Shown here: positions 34,884-44,852 of the stretch, piece by piece
How positions within the stretch are numbered: position 1 is the stretch's first letter
How the letters are laid out: every line of letters starts with the position of its first letter
Origin: an uncultured Chloroflexia bacterium
GTDB taxonomy: Bacteria > Chloroflexota > Limnocylindria > Limnocylindrales > CSP1-4
Direction of reading: 5' to 3'
Assembly: GCA_963748625.1 (NCBI GenBank)
Contig: CAVVJT010000007.1
Coordinates: 832,001-896,000 of the forward strand
Length of the DNA: 64,000 nucleotides
Position numbers and translations under genes: made by a program
Notes under the pieces: generated by a model
Database searches by the model: none
Told to the model about the DNA's origin: nothing
Seen by the model: only the letters and a program-made list of their open reading frames with translations

Positions 34884-36548
34884 TTACGGGCCGCGACGGA
34901 TCCGGTTGAGCAGCGTGGCGGCCACACCCGGCTGGTCGAAGTCCGGCATGTCCGCGCCGGCTCCGCCCGAGCGGCCGCTGCCCCGCACGACCGGACCGAC
35001 CGGAGCGGTGCGGCCCGCCGAGCCTGCCGCTGCGTGGCCGTCGGCGTCCGCCGCGGCGGTCCGTCCTGCCGCCCGGGCGACCGCACCGAGGCTCCGTCGC
35101 AGCAACGCGGCGCGTGCAAGTGCCCGACGGTGCTCAGCCGCCGACAGCTCCACGCCCCCGAACCGTGCGAGGCCGTAGTCGGCCGCCAGCAGCTCCAGCT
35201 CCAGCGATCCCGCCCCGGCACCACGGAGCCGGCGCGCGTGCTCCACGGGTGTCTCCCCCAATTCCCTGGCCACAATGGGCCGGCCCTCGAGATCCTCGAG
35301 CAGCGCCTGGTACGCGGTCACTGCGTCCACCGGGGTCCGTCGGCGCCCGAATCGCCGGCGCGGCTTCCTGCGCGTGTGCGTCACCTCGCCGTCGTGGGCG
35401 ATCTCGCGGACCTCGTCCTCGCCCGGGGGCCGCGGTGAGGGCCGGCTGAGCCACAGCTTGGCGAGCGCCGCCACGAGGATCACGGCCGCCGCAAGGACGA
35501 CCACCAGCACGCCGATCGCCAGTCCGGTCTGGGCCGCCGCCTCCTGCGGCGTGGAGGGCACGACGCTGCCGATCGCGGCACCCTGGCGGGCCGGGTCCTC
35601 GAAGAGCCCGAGCAGCACGCCGATCACGCCCGCGGCGAGGATGCTCACGGCCAGGATGCGCAGGCTGCGCCGGTCGAAGCCCACGATGAAGCCGACCACG
35701 AGCAGCGGGACGAGGACCGCCGCCACGGCCGTGGAGATCGCCTTGCCAGCGAACGTGGCGAGGAGCAGGGCCGCACCGATGGCCACGACGAGCAGCACCA
35801 TCACGAGGGCCAGCCAGAGCGGGTTGCGCCGCCAGTCGAGCGAGGCACCGGGCGCCATCGCTGCCAGGCGGGCCAGGGCGAGCGACGGGATCGCCGACGC
35901 GAGGAACACGACGGCATCGGTCCTGACCGCGTCCAGGTACGCGGACCCCGTCGGCTCGCCGATCATCCCGCCCAACACCGCGCAGACCGCGATCAGCGGC
36001 ACGCCAGCCGCCAGGAGCGTCGCCACGCGGTGCGGTTCGAGCGGGACGCGGGCGTAGGCCATCCCACGGACGAACGCCGGCCACAGCAGCCAGCCGCCCG
36101 GGTGCACCGCGAGTGCCGGCAGGATTCCAGCGAACCCGTCGGCCGCAAGGATGGCGCGGACCTCCGGCGCCGCGAGCCAGCCAGCCATGCCGCACATCGT
36201 GGCCAGTGCCACGGCCAACCCCGGCCACCGGTCGCCGAGCCGCGGCCCGAGGCGGCGCGCCGAGACCAGCCCGGCCACCGCAGCCAGCACCAGCCCGCCG
36301 ATCGAGGGGGACGGCGGCTGGAGCACGATGGCCTGCAACAGCCCGCCGACGACGGCGAGCCAGGCCGCCTCCGCCAAAAGGGCCAGGCCGACCGGAAGCC
36401 ATGACACGAGGCCGCGCCCCAGCCGGTCGCGCATCGGGCGGTCAGCGTCCGGCATCGGGCGATCGGGCCCCGGTCGGTCGGTCATCGGGCGTTCAGGGTC
36501 GGTCATCGGGCGTTCAGGGTCGGTCATCGGGCGTTCAGGGTCGGTCAT
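34884..36548 (-). CDS. DUF4129-domain membrane protein
   Basis: Multi-TM, 'AYQALL...ETPVEHARR...YGLARFG'; third gene of MoxR operon; N-terminal MTDPERP repeats (21-bp x3) make the start uncertain. Confidence 0.75.
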   Translation of the reverse strand: MTDPERPMTDPERPMTDPERPMTDRPGPDRPMPDADRPMRDRLGRGLVSWLPVGLALLAEAAWLAVVGGLLQAIVLQPPSPSIGGLVLAAVAGLVSARRLGPRLGDRWPGLAVALATMCGMAGWLAAPEVRAILAADGFAGILPALAVHPGGWLLWPAFVRGMAYARVPLEPHRVATLLAAGVPLIAVCAVLGGMIGEPTGSAYLDAVRTDAVVFLASAIPSLALARLAAMAPGASLDWRRNPLWLALVMVLLVVAIGAALLLATFAGKAISTAVAAVLVPLLVVGFIVGFDRRSLRILAVSILAAGVIGVLLGLFEDPARQGAAIGSVVPSTPQEAAAQTGLAIGVLVVVLAAAVILVAALAKLWLSRPSPRPPGEDEVREIAHDGEVTHTRRKPRRRFGRRRTPVDAVTAYQALLEDLEGRPIVARELGETPVEHARRLRGAGAGSLELELLAADYGLARFGGVELSAAEHRRALARAALLRRSLGAVARAAGRTAAADADGHAAAGSAGRTAPVGPVVRGSGRSGGAGADMPDFDQPGVAATLLNRIRRGP

Positions 36549-37777
36549 CGCGCGATCACCAGGTGCCCCGCTTTCCGCCAGTGGCCGTCCATCAAAGCCG
36601 TCCGCGCAGCGAACCCCGCCGCACGCGCGACAGCCGCATCCCGCGCCGCATGCCGGCCGCAGGCCACCAGGACCACATCCGCTCCCGACGAGCGCAGCCG
36701 GCGCAGCGCGGGCAGGAACGGGCGCGGGTCCCGCGCGGTGAGCACCAGCACCGTCGTCCCGGGGCGGACCGTGCGGCAGGCCGTCAGGATCAGCCGCTCG
36801 AACGGCATCGACGCGTGGGCGGACAGGCGCGCGAGCAGGTCCAGCACCCGCTCGGCCTGGCCCGGGGCCGACGAGACCGGCACCGACGCGATCCTGGTCT
36901 CGGCACCCGTGTAGCCCGCGGCGAGGATCCCGAAGGCAACGCGCCGCAGGGCGAGTGTCCGGGTGATGGACGCGGCGACCACGTACAACTGCTCCGTGTC
37001 GTCATCGCCCCAGCCCGCCTCCCAGGCGGCGCCCTCCCCCGTCTGCACGTCGAGCGCGAGCAGCACCTCCCGGTCACGGGACGGCTCGAACCGCTTGGTG
37101 ACCGGCCGGTCGATCCGCGCGCTCGCCCGGGCGTGGATCCGGCGCAGCGGGTCGCCAGGAGCATACGGCCGGACGCCCGCGAACCGGCTCGGATCCTCGG
37201 CCAGGCCGCCGCTGGCGCGCTCGCGGTCGCCCCAGCGGTCGGGCGGCTCCAGCTCCGTGGTGGGGATCGTGCGGGGCCAGACCAGGAACGTGTCGATGTC
37301 GGCGCGCGTCTCCTCGGCCACGCGCCGCGCGAAGGGATCGCCGGCCGACAGCGTCACGGGTCCCAGCGCGAACACCCCGCGCCGCTCGGCTCCGACGTGG
37401 AAGCGGCGCCGGACGCGCTCCCATGGCCGCAGCGTCCAGGCGTTGCGCAGGACGCTCTGGTCCGGCTCGGCGCCCGGATCGAGCTCGCGCTCCGCGACCA
37501 CGACGCCCTCGCCCGCCTCGTCGTCGGCGCGGACCCAGGCAAACGGCAGGCCGCCCCGGTTCCAGACCTCCACCTCCAGGGGGATCGCCTCACCGAAGGG
37601 CGTGCGCCGGGCAGCCAGCTCACGGCGGTACCTGATGGCGCGCAGGCCGTTGCGCCCCCACGCGGCGTTGACCACGTCGAGCAGGAGCACCACGACGCCC
37701 AGCAGGAGCACGATCGGGACGTCCAGCAGGCTCCCGACCAGGATGAGCGCGATCGACCCCGCGACGCGCGCCGCCAT
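36545..37777 (-). CDS. DUF58 family protein
   Basis: 'RRGVF..GP....GDPF', 'FAGVRPYAPGDPLRRIHARASAR'. Confidence 0.9.
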   Translation of the reverse strand: MAARVAGSIALILVGSLLDVPIVLLLGVVVLLLDVVNAAWGRNGLRAIRYRRELAARRTPFGEAIPLEVEVWNRGGLPFAWVRADDEAGEGVVVAERELDPGAEPDQSVLRNAWTLRPWERVRRRFHVGAERRGVFALGPVTLSAGDPFARRVAEETRADIDTFLVWPRTIPTTELEPPDRWGDRERASGGLAEDPSRFAGVRPYAPGDPLRRIHARASARIDRPVTKRFEPSRDREVLLALDVQTGEGAAWEAGWGDDDTEQLYVVAASITRTLALRRVAFGILAAGYTGAETRIASVPVSSAPGQAERVLDLLARLSAHASMPFERLILTACRTVRPGTTVLVLTARDPRPFLPALRRLRSSGADVVLVACGRHAARDAAVARAAGFAARTALMDGHWRKAGHLVIAR

Positions 37778-37779
37778 CG

Positions 37780-38835
37780 TCAGCTGCCGTTGAGCTGGGA
37801 CACGGTTGAAACCGGGGACAACGGGGGTACCGGGAGCGTCGCCAGGATCGAGCCCAGGGCCCCCTCGGCCGTCGCGCCGTGGAGGCTTCGGTCAAGGTCG
37901 ACGACCAGCCGGTGCACCAGGACCCCCGGGGCCACCGCCTTCACGTCGTCCGGGGTGACGAACGCGCGGCCCTCGAGCACGGCCCAGGCCTGCGCGACCC
38001 GGTACAGCGCGACCGACGCCCGCGGGCTGGCACCAAGCGCGAGGTCGGGATGGGATCGCGTCGCCCGCACGATGGCGACCAGGTAGGCCTCCACCTCGTC
38101 GGCGACATGCACCCCGCGCACGAGGTCGCGGAGCTCGAGCAGGCGGTCACGCTCCAGCACCGGCTCGATGGCATCGAGCGGCTCCGCGGTGTCGTGGTGG
38201 CGGCGGGCGATGGCTCGCTCCCCGTCGCCGTCGGGGTAGCCCACGCGGGTGCGCAGGAGGAAGCGGTCCAGCTGGGCCTGGGGCAGCGCGAACGTCCCCT
38301 CGAACTCCACCGGGTTCTGCGTCGCGATCACCAGGAACGGGTCCGGCAGGCGGTGCGTGGTGCCCTCGATCGAGACCTGGCGCTCCTGCATCGCCTCGAG
38401 CAGCGCCGACTGCGTGCGCGGCGTCGCGCGGTTGACCTCATCCACCAGCAGCACGTTGGTGAACACGGGGCCTGGCACGAAGCGCAGGCCACCCGGCTCG
38501 AAGAGGCTGGAGCCGGTCACGTCCGACGGCAGCAGGTCGGGCGTGCCCTGGATGCGGGTCATCGTCAGGTCCAGGCTGCGAGCGACCGCGCGGGCCAGCA
38601 GCGTCTTGCCGGTGCCGGGCACGTCCTCGAGCAGCACGTGCCCGTCGGCGAGGAGCGCCGTCATCAGCATGCGGAGCGGCTCGTCCGCGCCCACCACGGC
38701 CTTGGCGACCGAGCGGCGAAGGTCGTCCCACGCCCGGCGGCCGGCTGTGGCCACGGCCGCGGCGGCGGTCCTGTCGTGGGGCGCCGGCGCGTCCGTGCCT
38801 GGCTCGTTCGGTCCGGCCGTCGTCGCCAGATCCAT
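37780..38835 (-). CDS. moxR: MoxR family AAA+ ATPase
   Basis: 'GHVLLEDVPGTGKT', 'DEVNRATPRTQSALLEAMQE', 'ATQNPVEFEGTF.LP.AQLDRF'. Confidence 0.95.
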   Translation of the reverse strand: MDLATTAGPNEPGTDAPAPHDRTAAAAVATAGRRAWDDLRRSVAKAVVGADEPLRMLMTALLADGHVLLEDVPGTGKTLLARAVARSLDLTMTRIQGTPDLLPSDVTGSSLFEPGGLRFVPGPVFTNVLLVDEVNRATPRTQSALLEAMQERQVSIEGTTHRLPDPFLVIATQNPVEFEGTFALPQAQLDRFLLRTRVGYPDGDGERAIARRHHDTAEPLDAIEPVLERDRLLELRDLVRGVHVADEVEAYLVAIVRATRSHPDLALGASPRASVALYRVAQAWAVLEGRAFVTPDDVKAVAPGVLVHRLVVDLDRSLHGATAEGALGSILATLPVPPLSPVSTVSQLNGS

Positions 38836-38997
38836 GGGTCGCGGGTCCTCCAGGGCCGGCGACCTCGCAGCTGCCTCAGCTGGGCCGTGGCACGACGGCG
38901 CCGGTGGACCCGACTATAGCCACCCGTTCGAGGCCGGGCTCGCCGGCGCCCCGCCGAAGCCGGCATCGCGGCCCGGTCCGACGCCGGTGACCGGGGT

Positions 38998-39227
38998 CCT
39001 GCTCGGCACCGCGCCCCGGTCGGGCTCCGCGGCCTGCTCGGCACCGCGCCCCGGACGGGCTCCGCGGCCTGCTCGGCACCGCGCCCCGGTCGGGCTCCGC
39101 GGCCTGCTCGGCACCGCGCCCCGGTCCGAGTTCGCGGCCTGCTCGGCACCGCGCCCCGGTCCGAGTTCGCGGCCTGCTCGGCATCTCGCCCCGGTCCGAG
39201 TTCGCGGCCTGCTCGGCATCTCGCCCC
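38998..39227. repeat. 35-bp tandem repeat x6.5
   Basis: GCTCGGCACCGCGCCCCGGTCGGGCTCCGCGGCCT at 39001, 39036, 39071, 39106, 39141, 39176, 39211 (partial). Confidence 0.92.
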
Positions 39228-39367
39228 ACGTGGGGGCCGTTTCGCGCGATCGCCCGCACGACCTGCGCAGCAAACCTCGACTTCCGTGCCCGGACCACGC
39301 TCAGAACCCGCCGATTCGGCTCCCAGGTGGGGGGCGCGCAGAGATCTGGAGCGCGATGAGGTAGAAG

Positions 39368-39442
39368 TGGTCGGGGCGGTGGGATTCGAACCCACAGCCT
39401 CGTGCTCCCAAAGCACGTGCGCCACCGTTGCGCCACGCCCCG
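39368..39442 (-). tRNA. tRNA-Pro(TGG)
   Basis: Reverse complement CGGGGCG...CGTGC-TTTGGGA-GCACG...GGTTCGAATC...CGCCCCG-A-CCA cloverleaf. Confidence 0.96.
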
Positions 39443-39560
39443 ACAGGTTTCGTGCTCAGGAAGCGCATGTGCTTCCTGATTTCGGCCTCGCGGCTGGGCC
39501 TACACCGCTCCAATCGCATATGCTGGTCCTGCGGGAACCCATCTAGCGACCGGAGTTGGC

Positions 39561-40511
39561 GTGGTCACATCGCCGTCCAGCGAGCCCCATCATACGGCCC
39601 TCCCGGACCTCGTCCCGTTGCTTGCGTCATGGCGGCGGCATCTCGCCGCCCAACGGATGAGCCCGGCCACCCTCTCCACCTACTCTGCGGCGGTTGGCCA
39701 GCTCGACAAGTTCCTCGAGGCGCAGGCGATGCCGAGAGCGGTCGCTGCGATCCGGCGCGAGCATGTCGAGGCCTTCATCACCCACCTGCTGGGCAAGTTC
39801 AAGCCGAATACGGCCCACAACAGGTTTCGGGGGCTGAAGACGTTCTTCGCGTGGCTGGTGGACGAAGGTGAGATCTCCGATAGCCCCATGGCGCGGATGA
39901 AGCCCCCCAGGCTCACCGAGGAGCCCCCGCCCGTCCTCCGGGAGACGGACTTCACCCGCCTGCTCGAGGTCTGCGAGCGGGACAAGACCTTTGTCGGCCG
40001 CCGCGACGACGCCATCCTCCGCGCGTTCATCGACACCGGGGTCCGGCGCGGCGAGCTGCTCGGGCTGAAGCTCGAGGACGTGGATCTCGATCAGGGCCTC
40101 CTCAGGGTCACCGGCAAGGGGAGCCGCACCAGGATGGTGCCCGTGGGGGCCAAGACGGTGCGCTCGATCGACCGCTACCTGCGCGCTCGCAGCAAGCACC
40201 CCGACGCTGCTCGCCCCGAGCTGTGGCTTGGCCGGCGTGGGGTCCTGCGAGAGTCAGGCTTGGGGGACCTGATCCGCGACCGGGGCAACGAGGCCGGGCT
40301 CACGCTGCGCCTGCATCCGCACCTGTTCCGCCATGCCTACGCCCACTCGATGCTGGCCGCCGGCATCCAGGAGACCGACCTCATGGCGGTCGTCGGCTGG
40401 AAGAGCCGCGAGATGGTGTCCCGCTACGCGGCATCCACCCGGGCCGAGCGGGCCATCTCTGCGGCCCGGAAGCTCAGCCCTGTTGACCGGCTCGACGAGA
40501 CCAGGCGGTGA
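39561..40511 (+). CDS. Tyrosine recombinase/integrase (XerC/D-like architecture)
   Basis: SAM-like N-domain; catalytic R (TGVRRGE), K (GKG), HxxR (HLFRH), W (VGW), Y (SRY). Confidence 0.95.
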   Translation: MVTSPSSEPHHTALPDLVPLLASWRRHLAAQRMSPATLSTYSAAVGQLDKFLEAQAMPRAVAAIRREHVEAFITHLLGKFKPNTAHNRFRGLKTFFAWLVDEGEISDSPMARMKPPRLTEEPPPVLRETDFTRLLEVCERDKTFVGRRDDAILRAFIDTGVRRGELLGLKLEDVDLDQGLLRVTGKGSRTRMVPVGAKTVRSIDRYLRARSKHPDAARPELWLGRRGVLRESGLGDLIRDRGNEAGLTLRLHPHLFRHAYAHSMLAAGIQETDLMAVVGWKSREMVSRYAASTRAERAISAARKLSPVDRLDETRR

Positions 40512-41755
40512 AGGGCGACCTGATCGAGACCGACTGCAGGGCCTGCGGTCAGCTCGTCCACATCGTCGAGGGTGGTGACTGCCCGGCCTGTGGCGCGGGC
40601 CCGGCTGTGCCCTCGGATGAGCGCGTCACCATTGTCAGCGGCCGTGCCGTGAAGGTCCCGAGGGACTTCTTCGGACGACAGGCAATGTGGCTCAGCACCA
40701 GACCCGCACGCCAGACGATCGCCGTCGACAGCAGGCGGCGGGTTCGAGATGTCCCATCTCCTTCCAGGAAGCGGCGACGCGGGCGGATTTCAGGCGATCG
40801 TGCTTGGAAGGCCGTCCTATCGCGCATAGGCCCGCGAACCTCCAACAACCGGCCACAGCCGTTCGTTACGCTACCGGTGGCAGTTGACCGCGCACCCCCG
40901 GTGCGGCGAGGGGCGTCGAGCAGAGGGCAGCCGATGGAGTTTCTGATCCTGACGGTGTTCTGGGGGTGCATCTGGGGCGCCCTATGTGCCTGGTTGGCGG
41001 GCGAGAAGGGCCGCGACGGAACGACCTGGTTCGTCCTAGGCTTCCTGTTCTCTCTTGTCGCCTTGCTCGTGCTCGGCTTCTCACCGTCAGGCGAACCGCC
41101 GCAGACCGTCGCGAGATCAACTGCCACGTTCGGGTCGCTCGACCTGGCACGCACACCACCGCCGGCGAGGGCGAGCACGTCCGGGGCACCAAGAAGCAAT
41201 GCCTCGAAGCGGTGCCCGGACTGCGCCGAGGAGGTGAAGGCCGAAGCCAGGATCTGCCGGTTCTGCCGCTATGAGTTCCCACCGACGCCAGAACCTCAGT
41301 TCGAGCCCGAGTCGGCCGCCGACGAGCAGTTGCTGCCACCAGTCGTGCTGGACCTGGGGCGCTGGGAGATGGCGTCTGCGGACACCGGCTTCCGGATGGG
41401 CGAGACCATCACTCTGTGCCGTGATGGCACGGCCCTCGAGGTCCGCTCCGCGCGGTTTACACGCCGGATCAGCATTCCCGACCGCGACCGCATCCAGGCC
41501 GAGGCCGACCGCCTGCGAGTCTACGATCCGATCTATGCGATGTCGTTCGCACCCTTGGACTCCCAAAGCACGTGCGCCACCGTTGCGCCACGCCCCGACA
41601 GGGAACTAGGCTACACCGCTTGCTCGTTGGGCCACCGGGCAGACGGCGCAGGAGTCACGCCGATACCGCCCCGTCGGCAACCGCCTACGGAGAGCGTCCG
41701 ACGAGAAGCAGCACGACAGCCGGAACGAGGCCGACCGCGACCACCAGCGAGATGA
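40508..41755 (+). CDS. Zn-ribbon/membrane protein ORF; probable internal start at 40934; reads through att copy
   Basis: N-terminal CxxC-CxxC with GTGA overlap on the integrase; 'MEFLILTVFWG...EKGR' TM hairpin; 'KRCPDCAEEVKAEARICRFC' zinc ribbon. Confidence 0.6.
   Translation: MKGDLIETDCRACGQLVHIVEGGDCPACGAGPAVPSDERVTIVSGRAVKVPRDFFGRQAMWLSTRPARQTIAVDSRRRVRDVPSPSRKRRRGRISGDRAWKAVLSRIGPRTSNNRPQPFVTLPVAVDRAPPVRRGASSRGQPMEFLILTVFWGCIWGALCAWLAGEKGRDGTTWFVLGFLFSLVALLVLGFSPSGEPPQTVARSTATFGSLDLARTPPPARASTSGAPRSNASKRCPDCAEEVKAEARICRFCRYEFPPTPEPQFEPESAADEQLLPPVVLDLGRWEMASADTGFRMGETITLCRDGTALEVRSARFTRRISIPDRDRIQAEADRLRVYDPIYAMSFAPLDSQSTCATVAPRPDRELGYTACSLGHRADGAGVTPIPPRRQPPTESVRREAARQPERGRPRPPAR
41560..41602 (-). 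repeat. Junction J1: tRNA-Pro(TGG) 5'-half copy
   Basis: 43 nt identical to 39405-39447. Confidence 0.95.
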
Positions 41756-42539
41756 CGGCCATCGGGCGGAACCAGGTGAGGCAGCCTGCGTGCTCCCTGT
41801 CCACAATCCTGCCTTCCGATCCGTAGAGCCGCCTCAACGCCCGGCTCTCGCGTCGCTGAAGCGCCTCGAAGTCCCGAACGCTGAGACCCAGCGCCAGCGC
41901 TTCGGCCTCAACCCGCAGTTGATCGCCGTCCCGCATCTGGCGCTCGTACTCCTCCATCGGGATCAGATCGCCCCTGGGGCCCCGCGAGCGTTCAAGGTCG
42001 GAGTACCTCCGCACCCGATCGCTCCGCTGCCGCTTGAGGTTCGCCATGTACTCCAGATAGGTGACCCCAGCCGCGCGAGCGGCGGCAGCGTACAGCTCGC
42101 GCCGCTGTGCATCCTGGGCCTCGAGCACCGGCAGCAGCCGGAGGCGAAGGGCGTTGTAGTCCCGCCGGTACTCCGCGACACGAGCCCAGGCCGCGTCCTG
42201 GTAAGCCTCGGTGCCTTCTGCCGCCCGGGCGCGTCGGTGCCACCACTTCGCCTCGTAGTCGAGCCGCCACAGGGCTGCGTCGGCGGTCGCCCAGCTGGGC
42301 TCACGCGTGAGCGTGCCCGAGCAGTCCGGGCATGTCCTGAACGTGCCAGGGCTCCACCGCTCGCAGTCGACGCAGACGGGCATGCCGCGAGTCTTGTGGG
42401 GGTCGATCACCGCAGGCCAGAGCCGATCGTCCCAAGTCGGCGGCATCGGCCGGCGCGGCAACCTCCTGAACACAGGCTCGAAGGGATGCTCCGGGCACCA
42501 GATGCACGTGTCAACGCGGCCGCGGGAGGCGGCGGCCAT
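41685..42539 (-). CDS. Hypothetical Zn-ribbon protein with C-terminal TM
   Basis: 'CVDCERW...CPDCSG'; fills the J1-J2 interval. Confidence 0.55.
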   Translation of the reverse strand: MAAASRGRVDTCIWCPEHPFEPVFRRLPRRPMPPTWDDRLWPAVIDPHKTRGMPVCVDCERWSPGTFRTCPDCSGTLTREPSWATADAALWRLDYEAKWWHRRARAAEGTEAYQDAAWARVAEYRRDYNALRLRLLPVLEAQDAQRRELYAAAARAAGVTYLEYMANLKRQRSDRVRRYSDLERSRGPRGDLIPMEEYERQMRDGDQLRVEAEALALGLSVRDFEALQRRESRALRRLYGSEGRIVDREHAGCLTWFRPMAVISLVVAVGLVPAVVLLLVGRSP

Positions 42540-42582
42540 GGAGCACGTCGCCTAGGAGGTGACCGAGTTGTTGTCCGTGATT

Positions 42583-42770
42583 GTGCTCGCGAAGCCCCTA
42601 ATACTCGGTGCCTACGCCGCTCAGCAGTTCGTGCTTGGAGGGGCCGACCCTACCCCGCATAGGCCCCAGCGGCTCCCAAAGCACGTGCGCCACCGTTGCG
42701 CCACGCCCCGACAGATTCCACGCTCAGGAAGCGCAAGTGCTTCCGCACGAGCCCCACAAGGCTAGCCTGC
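42583..42770 (-). repeat. Junction J2: left arm + tRNA 5' half (42673-42712) + right arm
   Basis: 40/40 tRNA-derived core; conserved flanks shared with J3-J5. Confidence 0.93.
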
Positions 42771-42847
42771 CGCGCGGCGCTCCCGGGTGCTGCAACAGGG
42801 CCGGCTCCTGCGTCGTCATATGCACGCGTCCGCGGAAGGCAGGGGTC

Positions 42848-43849
42848 ATGCGGCGACACCTCCATCTTCTCGTCATGACGGCGATCCTCATCGGATGTGG
42901 ACCGGCTGGCCGGGAGGCGGCGGCTCCTGATCCGTCGATCCTGAACCCCAGGATCGCGTCGCCGGGTATGTTCGGGTCCGGTGGCCAGTCACAGGAGCCC
43001 TCCCTCAGGCCGTCGACCGCGCCGACGACCGGGCCATCGATGGCACCCTCATCATCGCCCGTGACGACACCATGCCCTGCAGTCTCGCCAGCCGCGGTCG
43101 CAGGCACCCGGGTCCGCCCGAAGGTGGACAGCCTCGCCGCCGTGATGACCGACAGCCTTCGCGTGCGGTCACAGCCCGGGCTCGCGGCAGACTCGAAGGT
43201 GCTGCACCGGAGGCTCATGCGCCGCGACGTGGTGTACGTGGTGGCGGGGCCGGTCTCGGCATCGTGCTACGCCTGGTACCAGGTCTACATCCCGTACGAC
43301 CCGGCACACGACCGGGACGAGACGTTCGGATGGGTCGCTGCGGCCAGCATCGAGGGCGAACCGTGGCTCGTCGGCGGTCAGCACCTCTGCCCAGAGCCGC
43401 CCAGGACCGTGTCGGACCTGGCTGACCTGCCGAGCAGCGTTGGCCTGGCGTGCTTCACAGGGCGACGGCTCACCTTCGAGGCATGGCTGGGCACCTACGA
43501 GACGTGCGGGATGTCCGAGGGGTGGACCATCGAGCCTCGCTGGCTTGGCGACACCTGCGCCGGCAACGACTACATGTGGATCGCCGACCGGAGAGCTCGT
43601 AACGCCAGCGACTTCGGCGCGAACGAGCCGGTCCCCGCCGTCATCGCGCCGAAGGTGGACACGTCGCGATTCCACCCGGGCAATCTGCCGAAGGAGTGGA
43701 TCCCAGTCAAGGTGACCGGGATCTTCGACCACAGGGCTGCGAGATCGTGCCACGGCGTCTCCGAAGGGGAGACCGTACCGATCACCGACGACCAAGCCGT
43801 CCTGCAATGTCGCGCCGAGTTCGTGATCACCTCGATCCAGAGGCGATGA
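42848..43849 (+). CDS. Lipoprotein with SH3-like domain and Cys-rich C-domain
   Basis: Lipobox LIGC; 'LRVRSQPG...WYQV...GWVAA'; paralog of 57297-58262. Confidence 0.75.
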   Translation: MRRHLHLLVMTAILIGCGPAGREAAAPDPSILNPRIASPGMFGSGGQSQEPSLRPSTAPTTGPSMAPSSSPVTTPCPAVSPAAVAGTRVRPKVDSLAAVMTDSLRVRSQPGLAADSKVLHRRLMRRDVVYVVAGPVSASCYAWYQVYIPYDPAHDRDETFGWVAAASIEGEPWLVGGQHLCPEPPRTVSDLADLPSSVGLACFTGRRLTFEAWLGTYETCGMSEGWTIEPRWLGDTCAGNDYMWIADRRARNASDFGANEPVPAVIAPKVDTSRFHPGNLPKEWIPVKVTGIFDHRAARSCHGVSEGETVPITDDQAVLQCRAEFVITSIQRR

Positions 43850-43876
43850 CCGCCGACCAGTAGTCGCCGTCGACCC

Positions 43877-44085
43877 GTGCTCGCGTAGCCCCAAATAGTC
43901 GGTGCCTACACCGCTCGGGGATCCACGCTCAGGACCACCGATCCTACAACGCTTACGCCCCCGGGACCCCCAAAGCGCACGTGCGCCACCGTTGCGCCAC
44001 GCCCCGACTGATTTCGTGCGCAGAAGCGCCTGCGCTTCGCGAGCGGCGCCCACAAGCCTTGCCTGCCGTGCTCCCAGCGCACGAT
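43877..44085 (-). repeat. Junction J3: left arm + tRNA 5' half (43967-44008) + right arm
   Basis: Core with one substitution and a 2-nt insertion; conserved flanks. Confidence 0.9.
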
Positions 44086-44312
44086 GCGTGCCTGCGGGAG
44101 GGCAGCCTGGGCCCGGCGTGGTCGCCGGTCCGGGGCCCTTCGCCTCTCGACACTCCGGCGCGTCACGATCATCGTTGCCGCCAGCAAGACACATCGATGC
44201 GTGGCCCATACCAAGGGCCGCTGGACCCCGCTGAGCCACCGATCGGCCGCACCGGAAGGGCGTTCCCGGCGACACCGTGTAGCAGATCTGCTCCCGGACG
44301 CATCTATAGGGC

Positions 44313-44852
44313 ATGAACGGTCAGGTGATGGGCGGTCAGAGGGTCGTCACCACGGTCGAGCTCGCGGGGGCCGGCGACGAGGCGGCCTTCGCCCAGTTGG
44401 TGGCGACCTATCACGCCGACATGGCCCGGGTCGCGTTTGTCGCCTGTGGCGACAGGGACCTGGCCGAGGACGCGGTCCAGGCGGCCTGGCTCGTCGCCTG
44501 GCGCAAGCTCCACTCGCTGCGGGATCCAGATCGGGTCCGCCCATGGCTCCTCTCGGTGACCGCCAACGAGGCCCGCCAGATCGTCCGCCGGCGCCGCGGT
44601 CCGGTCATCGAGATCGATGTCGAGGCGGCCGGCGATCCCCGCGGCGACCCGTCGGACGGTATCGAGCGCCTCGACCTCCGCCGGGCGCTGGCGCACCTCT
44701 CGCCCGACGACCGCACCCTGCTCGCCATGCACTACCTCGTCGACCTCAGCTCGGACGAGCTCGGCGCGGCCGTCGGCACGTCGTCGTCGACCGCCCGCAC
44801 GCGGCTCTCACGGGCCGTCGAGCGCCTCAGGAAGGAGCTCCGCGATGGCTGA
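44313..44852 (+). CDS. ECF sigma-70 factor
   Basis: 'GDEAAFAQLV', 'LAEDAVQAAWLVAWRKLHSLRDPDRVRPWL', 'TARTRLSRA'. Confidence 0.92.
   Translation: MNGQVMGGQRVVTTVELAGAGDEAAFAQLVATYHADMARVAFVACGDRDLAEDAVQAAWLVAWRKLHSLRDPDRVRPWLLSVTANEARQIVRRRRGPVIEIDVEAAGDPRGDPSDGIERLDLRRALAHLSPDDRTLLAMHYLVDLSSDELGAAVGTSSSTARTRLSRAVERLRKELRDG

Noticed and set aside
38998-39227. CRISPR interpretation of the 35-bp array
   Set aside because: Head-to-tail repeats with no unique spacers
39561-40511. Housekeeping xerC/xerD or classical integron intI
   Set aside because: tRNA-adjacent island context, GW instead of LGH, and no evident IntI insertion or attC-type sites
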